A stretch of DNA of 32,011 nt. It comes from Octopus bimaculoides. Taxonomy: Eukaryota. The DNA lies in the NCBI RefSeq assembly GCF_001194135.2, contig NC_068988.1, positions 70,212,272-70,244,282 on the forward strand, written 5' to 3'. The notes below the pieces were generated by a model. The model made no database searches and was not told the DNA's origin. It worked only from the letters and a program-made list of their open reading frames with translations. Position 1 is the first letter of the stretch. Each line of letters begins with the position of its first letter. The translations under genes were made by a program, and so were the position numbers. This document shows positions 21,246 to 32,011 of the stretch, piece by piece.

Positions 21246-23699
21246 TACTTTTCTATGTATATGCGGAGAGGATTATTCCAAATGCTGCATGATGAGTTTT
21301 TCCCTTTGAAAGTTAAATATCAAATTCCCCTTCATCTCGGACCATCAATATTGAAATTCATTTCTCTCATTTCAACATCTCTACATTCTCATAAATATAT
21401 AATATCGACGAATGTCATAAAGTGCTACATCCGAATAATCTATTTAACTAGTAAACCCTCCTCTTTTTCTGTATATTTACTATTCTGTATTTTGACACAG
21501 AACCACCCCTACACCTACAGTTCCCCTCCCAATCTATTATCTTCAAACCGGTATGGAAAAACAAACGAAAACAATTCTCGTTACTTGTTTCGTCGTGTGT
21601 GTGTGTGTGTGTTTGTGTGTGTGAGTGAGTATGTGTGTACGTATGTGCGCGTGTGTGCGTGTGTGTGTGTGTGTGCGTTATCCATGAAAATTTTTTCTTA
21701 AGTGCTTCTATGAAATGATGAAGTGTTATAAATTTTAGATAATATTGTTCCAAACATTTATTCCATTTATAGATTTAATGAAGAAATTGTTAAAAGTTCA
21801 GTGAAGCTTCTAAATTTCAAAAATGGATGGATCAGGTATTTGGGAACAAAATTCAGTGGGCCACATATAGAAGGCAACCTAACAGAATCCTTGATGCATG
21901 TCACAAATTTTAATCATTTCGTTTCTCTTCCAGCCGTATGGCCAGCATCAGCATAACAGATTCCATTCTGAAACTGGAAATGAAAATGCGCGCCTTGCTC
22001 GTGGCTTTAATCGCCAAACCTACCGACTCACATGTTACCAGATTCTTAAATGGGACAAAGTACTTCGTTTTTAGCATCAAGAATGTACTGGAAACATCTG
22101 ATCATTAGAACGAATGAGTTTGACGTCCTCGCATGTCCTGCACAATATCAACGTAAGCCCTAGTGAGTCCATGAGGGCCATCACGAGCTGGATCCCGTCG
22201 AACTGTGTCTTAAAGTAACGGAGACCACTGTCAATTAAGCGGTGCACGAGTATATCTGTTACAGGCCCCAGATAATAAGGGGAGAGCAGTTAGCAGTTCA
22301 CATCCAGCTAAACACGGGTGAACTATGTGATTTGATTTCTTCCTAAATTCATGCGTCATCTCTCCTGATTGCATCCCCTTGGCATACTGCATCAGGAGTG
22401 GAGTCCGGCAGTCCATGGTGCCAATGATTCATTGTGGGCTGTTGTTAAGGCATGGTGGGTGACATAGGCTGGGGTATCTGTTCTTGAGATACAAACACTC
22501 CCATAACTGCATCGAGAAAATCACTAAGCTGAAAGCAATTTTGTTGTATGGCTTCTTTGAAGTCTCTTACACAACGCGTGTATCGCTTTTCATGTTGTGG
22601 AGACTTTTAATATTTTCTCCGTTATCTAGCACACATTGCACACACAATACACCCCGTCACACATGTACAAACACATACACACAAGTGTGTATGTATTTGC
22701 TCTGCTAACATGTAGTGTCTGTTTCTGGTTAATGAAATATTTATTCATCACATGAGTCATATTTCCATGTATGTTGTTATTGTATTACTTTGTGATGGAA
22801 AAATAGACAATATAAGACTATGGTTACATTTTGAGTAATTATATAAGTTATAACACTATTTTATATATGGAAGAAATCAAACCCTGGCGGTAAAATGTGT
22901 AATTACTAATATCTAGATGAGCCGATTGTGCAAATTTTGATATTACAATGCAAAACAATTCCCGAAAGAGTGTGGAAAGTGTACCACCGGCTTAGAAATC
23001 GGCAGTATCCATAATAACAAGATGCTTTGGGAAAAGTAATTTCTTAGTTACGAGTGTACTTTAACATCGCCGATACGCAGCCAAAACACATTAGCCTTTG
23101 AAGATTCTCTCTTTGAGGTATAACAGTGTAATCCATTAAGACATTACATGAATTAACTAAGGTGCCTTTTTTATGAAAAATCGATACAAAACTAACGAAC
23201 TATAAATGAATAGCAAAAGGGTTTTAAAAATAAGAAAAAGAAAATAGGTATGATGCGTAATGAAGAAAATTACAGTTCTTGATTGAATAAGTGGATTAAT
23301 AGGTACATTTGTTGAATTAGTAGAGCTAAGATTAAAAGCTAAGGAGATATGATAAAGAGAAATCAATTTATTAGTTTTCTATGCCAGAAAATTCTCTCAG
23401 ATATAGTGTCACATGGATGTGTTGATACGGTGACGGAAGATACATGGTCGGTTTTAATTTTCCTCTTTTTCTTTTCCTGCGGTTAGTCAGCAGAAAAAAG
23501 GAAACCCAGGACCACCTTCCAGGACCCCAGTAACTCATGCGAGGAAGGAAGAAAGTTACCCTCATATCAAAGAGCTGGTCTAAATCCTTGCAACAGTGTA
23601 AACTCTAGTAGTGAAATGCAAACCGGGTGATGGATTAAATCTACGACCTCAAAAGAACGGCGAGTTTCCATACAAACTTCCCCGTGTAACGTAATATAA

Positions 23700-23815
23700 A
23701 TGCTTTGATGGGGCCAAAATTATGACACAAACGATTTATCCAAAGCTACGTGCAGTAGAATCGAACCCAAAATGATATATAGTTATGAAGTGAAATTCTT
23801 CACGTACGTGAATTC
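23700..23815 (-). mobile_element. Very old family-B-like SINE head
   Basis: Reverse complement ggttcgattctactgcacgtagctttggataaatcgt resembles ggttcaatcccactgcgtggcatcttgggcaagtgt. Confidence 0.35.
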
Positions 23816-24232
23816 ATTTAACCACTGTAAATTGTAATCGATTTATTTCGAGTGTCTGGGTGGCTTGCAGTCACGGGTCATGGCAAGAGCTCTAATTTAA
23901 ATCATATTTAAACAATTTGATTATCATCACCACCACAACTATTAACTAAAAGTATGTATAGATGTTAATGGGATGTCTAATCGTTGTCTGTTTGATACAT
24001 GGTCAACTGTGACGAATGAAAAATTGGTTCCAATATAAAATCAATGTTACACAGACTTCTGCAGTAAATACGAATTATATATGCATATTTAATGGGGAGA
24101 AAACAGAGGAGGGAAGATATTCTTATTGCAGACAAATCTCCTCTCTACAAAATCTGCTTTTAGAGGTCAGATATAAAAAGATGGATGTAAAATATCGGAC
24201 AAACTAATATAATACGTATATGTGTGTGTGTA

Positions 24233-24288
<56 letters not shown>

Positions 24289-24654
24289 TATATATAAATA
24301 TATAGAGAGAGAGAAAGAGAGAGAGAGGGACATAATACATACGCATATATACAAGTATGTATATATAGATCGGTATACAAACTCATATATATGTGTGAGT
24401 GAGTGTGTGTGTGTATGTGTGTGTGTATGTGTAGGTGTGTGTGTGTGTGTGTTTGAAACGTTTATATAAACTGTCATGCATTGATGATTATTTTTGAATG
24501 GTAGAAAGTCAAGTGTTTTATTATATTTGCCAAATGTGCATAAAATAAGACAACGTTGGTATCAATATGGGTAACGAGTTCTTAGAATGAACGAAACGTC
24601 ATTGAATCGTTCCACAAAGCACTTACACAGACGCACATATACACACACACAGAA

Positions 24655-24735
<81 letters not shown>

Positions 24736-25329
24736 CATAAATATGTACGTTTATATGTACATGTAAAAAAGATATAACTACAAACATACACAAAGATATG
24801 TCTATGAAAATATAACGAACTTCAAAAATACAAAATCTAATCAGAGTAGTCTCGTTTATATTTCCAATCGCTTTTAACGCACTGATTAATCACCACTGGA
24901 ACTCGTCCTGTTGTGCATCTTACAAAGTCAAGTGCAGTTCTCATGCTTTATTGTATATGCTTTCCATAGCTAAAAGTCGGCAGGATTTCAAATTTCGGAA
25001 CACAAAGTGGCTTCGGGTCTAAATCCAGAGAGTAAGGGTACCAGGGAGGTAAACTTAGTCTCGTTATTTGCTAGAAATTGACGAGTGAGCAGGAGCGCTA
25101 TCGAACAGTATTTAGGTTTTCTTCACACCTCAAGGTTCTTTCTTCTCACCGCTTCTCTCAAATGCCTCAAGACATCCAAGTAAAACTTTTCAGCGATCAT
25201 CTGACCAAGTAGAACAAGCAAATGCTGTACGAGGCTGTTCCAATAAATAAATATCTTTTACATATCATCGTCACAGCTCTGTGATGCTGGCGTGCAAAGT
25301 TTTCGGCAATGTCGACCACTTCACTTTGA

Positions 25330-26190
25330 GCACTGCAATCCTGTGTCAAAATGTAACTGTAATACATTGGTTTAAACATTTAAATGATTAAGAGCCAAAT
25401 TTACAGTTTGACATTATAGATTTTTGTCCATCTATATCAAGATTGATTCTTGTTTCCAAGGCGATTGGGTACGCAAATCATGTTATTATAAACAACATAG
25501 ACTTGGAACCTTATCAAGAATGCGAGAAAACACTAATTTTATAAGGGTTAAAAACACCGATACGGATGAATTGTTCGATGCATCGATGTGTTTGTATGGC
25601 AATGCGGACATCTGCGATCTTGTATATTAAATACACTGAGCTCCAAGTTCCTCACCGACGATACTGGTCTATACCTGGACGATGGGTTGGGAATTTCACA
25701 TGGCTGTGATGGTCACACTCTTGCTAGATTTAAGAAAAACTCAATGATACCTTCAGTCAATTAAGCCTCAAAATCACTGTTACTACTGATCTGTCAAAAT
25801 CGATATTTTTAGATGTTACCCTAGATCTAAACTCTCGCTCTTATAAACCGCACCATGAATCAAAGGAAAAAGAACTCTCCTTCATACACAAACAATCCTG
25901 TCAACCCGTATAGCGTTTAAAAAGCTGATAGCTAACTATGACAATAACTTAGCTAACAATGTTTGCAAAGATAAGCTATATTGCAACCCTTTCAGCAGAA
26001 AATATCAGTCGTAAAAATAAACTTAACTGTAGATCTAGGAAAGCCCCTAAGTGTTAAAACGTCTCCCTAAATGTTAAAACTAATATCGACAAGAAATTTG
26101 TGTCTCTTTGAGATAAACATTTCTCAGCAAACCACAAATACAGGAAGAATTTTAGCAGAGGCGCAATTAGAATATATATGCCATATACAT
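25330..26190 (+). mobile_element. Penelope-like element RT relic
   Basis: VIHWFKHLND*..QFDIIDFCPSIS; LFDASMCLYGNADICDLVY; GLYLDDGLG; FLDVTLDLNSRSYKP; KTNIDKKF..DKHFSANHKYRKNF. Many stops and frameshifts. Confidence 0.85.
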
Positions 26191-26589
26191 TGTTGAAAGA
26201 TCGCACATTCTTTTTAGGCTTAAGAATACCACTGCATTACAGAATTCCAGATCCCAAGTTTTTCAGCAAATGCAAGCATATGGATAAATTTCTTTTGGCG
26301 AAATGGAAACACCACCATCTCCGGATTAAGCAGCGTCCCAAAAACTTTAAACCATCTCTCCATTAAATTATTCTACTACAGTTAGTTTGAGTATGGCTCA
26401 AAAGAAACATAACTCTAATTTTCCTTTCTATTCTTTTTTCGTTTTTATTCAGCAGTCCGCTTTTTGCATCAACTGTCTTTTCGTTTTTTTAATCTCGTGA
26501 TTTTTCTTGCAAAAAGAAAAAGGCGTGTTATAAAACCCTGCCTTGACCGAGTTTCTAAAGCAAAAATACTATAAAGAGCTAGCATCTTT

Positions 26590-27008
26590 ATACTCTTTTA
26601 CTCTTTTACTTGTTTCAGTCTTTTGACTGTGGCCATGCTGGAGCACCGCCTTTAGTCGAGCAAATCGACCCCAGGACTTATTCTTTGTAAGCTTAGTACT
26701 TATTCTATCGGTCTCTTTTGCCGAACCGCTAAGTTACGGGGACATAAACACACCAGCATCGGTTGTAGGCGATGTTGGGGGACACAGACACACAAACACG
26801 CGCACGTGCGCGCACACACACACACACATATATATACATATATACGACGAGCTTCTTTCAGTTTCCGTCTACCAAATCCACTCACAAGGCTTTGGTCGAC
26901 CCGAGGCTATAGTAGAAGACACTTGCCCAAGATGCCACGCAGTGGGATTGAACCCGAAACCATGTGGTCGGTAAGCAAGCTACTTACCACACTGCCACTC
27001 CTACGCCT
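26590..27008 (-). mobile_element. Full-length SINE family B (tRNA head, CORE-like domain, internal microsatellite)
   Basis: Reverse complement: aggcgtaggagtggcagtgtggtaagtagc (A box)..gggttcaatccc (B box)..ggcatcttgggcaagtgtcttctactatagcc (CORE-like ccttgggcaagt)..(TA)(TG)n..tgactgaaacaagtaaaagagtaaaagagtat. Confidence 0.92.
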
Positions 27009-27976
27009 ACTGTGTATATCAAACGATATACATGCAATGCAGTTGGTGTTATTAAGTTACGCATGACCTGAATCATATNNNNNNNNNNNNNNNNNNNNNN
27101 NNNNNNNNNNNNNNNNNNNNNNNNNNNNNNNNNNNNNNNNNNNNNNNNNNNNNNNNNNNNNNNNNNNNNNNNNNNNNNNNNNNNNNNNNNNNNNNNNNNN
27201 NNNNNNNNNNNNNNNNNNNNNNNNNNNNNNNNNNNNNNNNNNNNNNNNNNNNNNNNTATATATATATATGCATTGAAAGACAGAAAAGTATGCATCATAC
27301 GCATGTATGCATTAAATGAGTACGTGCCTGTATGTGAGTATCAAATGCATGTATGCATTTTATGTACACACATACATACACAATAGTTACAATTGCTAAA
27401 CTAGAACTGAGAGGACAAAAGTTGGTGTGAATGAGAATGGAGTAGTCACCGTTAAGTGATCTGCTCTCGAATGACAAATTCATTTCATAGATCTCCAAGG
27501 ATTTAGACCCATGATTGAGACGGATTGAGGAATGCTATGAAATCTATGCTTTCCTCAAAATCGTCTAATCTTTGGTAAATAGGATAATTTATAATATACG
27601 ATTGAATTATACCGCGAACCTCAATCACTTGATATACATCAATCTTTACATGCAATTCTACCATTGACTCCATGTCAACAATTTTTGAGGAAGGACTATA
27701 GATAAATGAAAAACTGGTGTTATATGTTTGTTATTTATTTTACAAACTCCGACAAGAAAATGTAAATTACCCTGCATTGTATTTCAAATTATCTCTATTG
27801 TATTTCAATCAGAATCTATTAACAAAAATATTCCACAATTCTTCACTAACAACTCGTTAAATTTTAAATGTATTCAATATATATCGTATTTTAATATCCT
27901 TACATTGAATATTCAATCCGTTCGAAATAACCTTAATTTCATTGTTATTTTATATTAACATTACTGAATAGATTAA

Positions 27977-28196
27977 GACAGCGAGCTGGTGGAATCATTA
28001 TCGCGCCGAACAAAATGCTTATCAGCATTTCTCCCGACTTTATGTTCTGAGTATAACTGCATCCGTATCAACTTTGCCTTTCATCCTTTCAGAATCGATA
28101 AGATAATTACCAGTTGTTCCCCCGCGGTTGATGTGATCGAAATACCACCACCCCGAAATTGCTGGCCAGGTGCCAAAATTTGAAACCAATATTATT
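27977..28196 (+). mobile_element. SINE family A, old diverged copy
   Basis: gacagcgagctggtggaatcattatcgcgccgaacaaaatgctta..ttgcctttcatcctttcagaatcgataagataattaccag..ccccgaaattgctggccaggtgcc..aatattatt. Confidence 0.8.
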
Positions 28197-28757
28197 GAAC
28201 TGATTATGCAGTTAGTGCAGGCCCCAAATTGATGTACCCAGGTTCAAATATAGTTATTTCACACTATAATAGTTATATATCTACATAATTACTTAATTTC
28301 ACAATGTATTATTCACATATTCGGAAGCATTACTAAAGAATTGATTGTTCTTAATATGCAAACTTCCATCAGATTCAATAAATAAATTCAACACATCTCA
28401 TATTTATATTTTATGTTGTTAGCTGAAAATATTATACATCGAGAAGTTACCGAAATTTATCCGATGTCTTTGTTTGAGGCAACACGTTCAAGACCTTACA
28501 ATTATGGATCATCATTCCTATTAAGTGCAAGAAAAGATGACAGCATTCAACCACAAATTCATTCCTATATCAGAATACTGTTTCGTTAAGTGTATATTTC
28601 TTTTAAAAACACAAGCAGGCAAGGCAACATCTAAATAAGGTTCATTCAGCTAATAATCAATCATACAGCAATGTCTAAGCACTCACAACCCCGTTACTTT
28701 TCTCTCTACCCGCTTCCCGCTTCCCGCCTAACATAAATGCATCTTCTCTAAGCTAGC

Positions 28758-28758
28758 A

Positions 28759-28818
<60 letters not shown>

Positions 28819-28819
28819 G
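28758..28819 (+). repeat. (CTAT)n tetranucleotide microsatellite
   Basis: Seen directly. A related (GATA)n run lies at about 15603-15641. Confidence 0.95.
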
Positions 28820-29309
28820 ATATCTATAACTATATAAGATTCAGTTGAATTAGGTACTTAACTTGAGATACTTCGTTAGGTCGGAATACTAAACACACAT
28901 CAGTATTATGTAAATATCAAACTTGGTAACGGGAAACATAGGTACCGGACGAATGTTATTCCTGCAGTGTATGTAGACAATTACTACCCTCCGCTTTGTC
29001 GACTTGTGAAAATAAAACTTGGGTATTGGTTCCATTTATTCTGTCAACTGAAATAGTAGCAGAATCACTGTAAATGTTTTCCTCCGTAAGTTCTAAGCTG
29101 TTAAATCATTTTGAATGTACTTTATTTTGAAGTTCGTGAATTCATCTGACGAAAACAGCTTCTTTATAATGATGTAATGTTTTTATTAATCAATTTAAGG
29201 AGTTGTTGGAAACGGCCGTACTGGATTGACACTTGTTACTCATATTTTACACACACACACTCACACACACACACACACTCACAAACACACACTCTAACAC
29301 ACACACACG

Positions 29310-29402
<93 letters not shown>

Positions 29403-29834
29403 GTAAATAGTTTAAGATCAACAAATAAGTACTCCATCTGATGAGAGACAAATATTGCTGAATGTGCACAGTATATTGTTATGTTACATAGTTATGGGCT
29501 ACTAACACTTTCAGTCATTGAAGATGCTATCGAGGTAGGTTTTAAAACATGCGTAGTGTGTCCAAGTAATCTTGTATATGCCAAGTAAACATGGCCTAAA
29601 CAAGTTACGAAGCAAGACAAGAGAACAAGAGAAATTACGAGAAAAAACTAGATGAAGGTGAGTTCAAACAACAGAATGGTTAAAAAATAAAGACAAATAA
29701 GGAAGGAAAAAGAAAGACAGAAAGTAATACCATAGTTTCGTGAAGTTATACTGTGTAGAATCAACAGAAGGGTTCTAAAGTCTACTCAATCCGGTGAGGG
29801 TGGTGTTTTTCTATTCACTTAAACTTGTTCATAT

Positions 29835-29976
29835 ATATTATTTACATTATTTACATCGGATGAATATGTGTTTTCATCTTGTTTGTTGTTACCACAACTT
29901 TCGGCTGATTTACTCTCCTGCCTTCATCAGGTATCCTGGTGGAATTTTGAACCAAATTTGGGTTCTCACTCCTAAG
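29835..29976 (-). mobile_element. PLE terminal-repeat-like segment
   Basis: Lies 3' of, and co-oriented with, the GIY-YIG relic, beyond an (AAT)n run. Contains a hammerhead-like motif. Confidence 0.55.
29891..29935 (-). ncRNA. Degenerate minimal hammerhead motif
   Basis: Minus strand: gatac-CTGATGA-a-ggcag-gagagtaaat-cagcc-GAAA-GTT-gtggt. The C of GAAAC is missing. Confidence 0.5.
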
Positions 29977-30019
<43 letters not shown>

Positions 30020-30020
<1 letters not shown>

Positions 30021-31030
30021 ACATAATATTTTTGTATCCTCCCTTAATACCGGTTCCCATATTCTACTCTTACCTGTACTAGGTCTGCTTGAGAGGTTAT
30101 TGTGTCCTAGCATATGTGCTGCCTTTCGAAATCGCCTTCGCATAATCCGATGTAACTTTTCTTTTCGGTTACGTTATCATGTAGCGTTGCTGAAAATTGT
30201 GCCTCATAAGTGACTGAGTTTATGATGCAACCCTCGAAGAGTAGACAATCTCCAGTGTATCGACAATTACACCTGGAAGTTGTCTCTGGTGGTGTTTCCA
30301 GGTAATTATACTCTTCATATTGGGAAGCAGCTGTATGATAATTCAACTGAGCGTCTGATAAAGGCCTTTCTATATATATGATTTTTCTGGAAATGCTTAT
30401 CTAAGAAAGACCGGAATATTTTACGAACGTTAGCTTTAACATTTAGGGAGTAGGAGGCGAAACAGATTATTTTCCTAAGTTTATTCCAACGTCAGTTTAT
30501 ATTAATCGTATTATTACAAGAACGTTTGTAATATAACTTCTCTTTGAAGCCACTTTTATATAGGGCATTTTTACAGTAGGGCTCTTTCTTATCAAAATTT
30601 TCTTTAGAAAATGAGAGTTTGGATATCTTATTACTGATGTTAGCTATCAGGTTTTTAGAAAAAACACTATAGCTGTTCCTGTATGTTGGAAAATTTCTCA
30701 CAGGGCTTGTGGAACGGTTTATAACACCGACATTTTAGATCTAAATGATCGACTAAAAGATCGTCTCCCGACAGATTAGTAGTAGCTACGATTCTAAGGC
30801 ATAATTGAATAACGGTAGCGATGCGTTTTCTCTCAAATTTATCGGGAGAGTGACTATCACACTCATCATCGCAGTATATATCAATATCGTGGAATAGGAA
30901 CTTGGATCTCAATGTATATAATATAAAGAGACTTACATGATCACAGATGTCCGCACTATCATACGATCGTATCGATACATCGAACAATTTAACGCACCCT
31001 AAACATAACGAAAGAGTACTAGGACTTAAT
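30020..31030 (-). mobile_element. Penelope-like element relic (RT, thumb and GIY-YIG endonuclease)
   Basis: FDVSIRSYDSADICDHVSLFIL..IYCDD..LDLKCRCYKPFHKP (RT); NISNKISKLSFSKENFDKKEPYCKNALYKSGF (thumb); CNCR..C..C..VTYEA..SYIGLCEGDF (GIY-YIG with Cys motif). Confidence 0.9.
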
Positions 31031-32011
31031 TGCCAAACTTCAAAATAATCCGTGCAGCAACCATCATGAAATAAGCATTTCGAAATTAAATGTCCAAAGC
31101 ACTTAGCAGTTCTGTCATTGGAAAGTTACATTCCAAGAACATAATTATAGATGGGCCTATCTTGAGATTATGGCCGAAGAGATGAATTCAACAAAGCTGT
31201 TCACTAGCATACTCACCGCGTTCACCGGACTTCACAAAGTTGGGCATTTTTTATGGCGATAAAATTAAAGACAACGGTTAAAAATCGATAAATGGAGAGT
31301 TGTTATTGAACAAGAATGTACACAAAACAGAAAAAATTATATTTCTTGATTGCAAATCGACTGCTCCGTGTTATCAGCAAAGCCTGCACCAAAACAGCCG
31401 TGGAAAAATTAAATTCATAAAAGAATTAAATTCTTCAATAGATTTTGTTACATATTGGAAATGAAAGTATTTCGATAAACACTGACTTTATAATCCATCA
31501 ACGACTATATACATTTTTGAGGGACACCATGTATGCATATATACGTTCAAGTGGCTGCTTGTTTGGAAATTGCTGCTGCTTATGGCTGCTTACTGGGTGA
31601 TAGTGAGAGTGTAAGTGAGTTACCTAAGGGGAAAGAACCGCATATCAGTTTATATATTCCCCGATTGTATCATTTTTTAATTTTGTTTTTTACTATTAGG
31701 CGTTCCAGCAGTCGTGGATAGAACCATTTCGTAATTGTTCAGAGCTCCTAGGTACTACATACATCGAGATCCTGAAATTAGTGTATAGTCATTTAAACAT
31801 AAAAATTAAATGCAATTGATTTTTCTTTTCGTTTTTTCCCTTTTAACAGAGGAAAAAGAAAGGGAAGGAGAGACATAGGTAAGAAAAGAAAAAGCCTCTT
31901 ATATACATATATATATATATATATCTGTGTGTGTGTGCATATATATATATATATATATACATGCATACAAACATACATATATATATGTGTATATATATAT
32001 ATATATATATA

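Larger units (their letters stand above)
5180..27256. other. Scaffold gaps: 5180-5401, 5813-5822, 6546-7102, 9705-9714, 11684-11972, 16647-16656, 18860-19337, 20812-20821, 27079-27256
   Basis: N runs, mostly abutting microsatellites or SINEs. Four are exactly 10 N (placeholder gaps). Confidence 0.99.
607..32011. repeat. Numerous dinucleotide microsatellites: (GT/CA)n, (TA)n, (CT/GA)n
   Basis: Examples: 607-668, 1371-1435, 3080-3122, 5125-5179, 7240-7310, 24235-24285, 24660-24730, 29250-29400, 31900-32011. Confidence 0.97.

Noticed and set aside
29438-29473. CTGATGAGAG..GAA-TGTGCACA-GTA as a hammerhead
   Set aside because: GAAAC is incomplete and stem I cannot form. At best it is a very decayed relic.
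29720-29765. Minus-strand CTGTTGA..GAAAC-tatg-GTA
   Set aside because: Core mismatch, and neither stem I nor stem II pairs.
31533-31616. Possible first exon ending at the donor gagagt|gtaagt
   Set aside because: Only the donor supports it. The peptide is unrecognised, and the hydrophobic alternative frame has no ATG.
1241-31978. ORFs rich in HT, CV, SL, YI, RE, N, I, D or X runs
   Set aside because: These are translations of microsatellites or N gaps.

Overview
This is eukaryotic, AT-rich, microsatellite-dense DNA from a gapped scaffold (9 N-runs). No host protein-coding gene can be supported, and most listed ORFs are microsatellite or N artefacts. The repeat families look like those of an octopus genome (inference from the SINE types, not proven). 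Recognisable content is almost all decayed mobile DNA: (1) a full-length TIR-bounded Tc1-type transposon with DD36E spacing (3123-4398); (2) mariner DD34D and probable hAT relics; (3) three co-oriented R4/Dong-like REL non-LTR retrotransposon 3' ends stacked in (AAT)n repeats (11973-14940); (4) two Penelope-like element (PLE) relics facing each other; (5) a CR1-group LINE tail; (6) many copies of two tRNA-headed SINE families (A, and CORE-like B). The most unusual observations are several minimal hammerhead-ribozyme-like motifs, including an inverted pair at 673-1132 with one core-intact copy, and a 127-bp segment that is identical at two distant loci, where it interrupts diverged family-A SINEs at the same junction.
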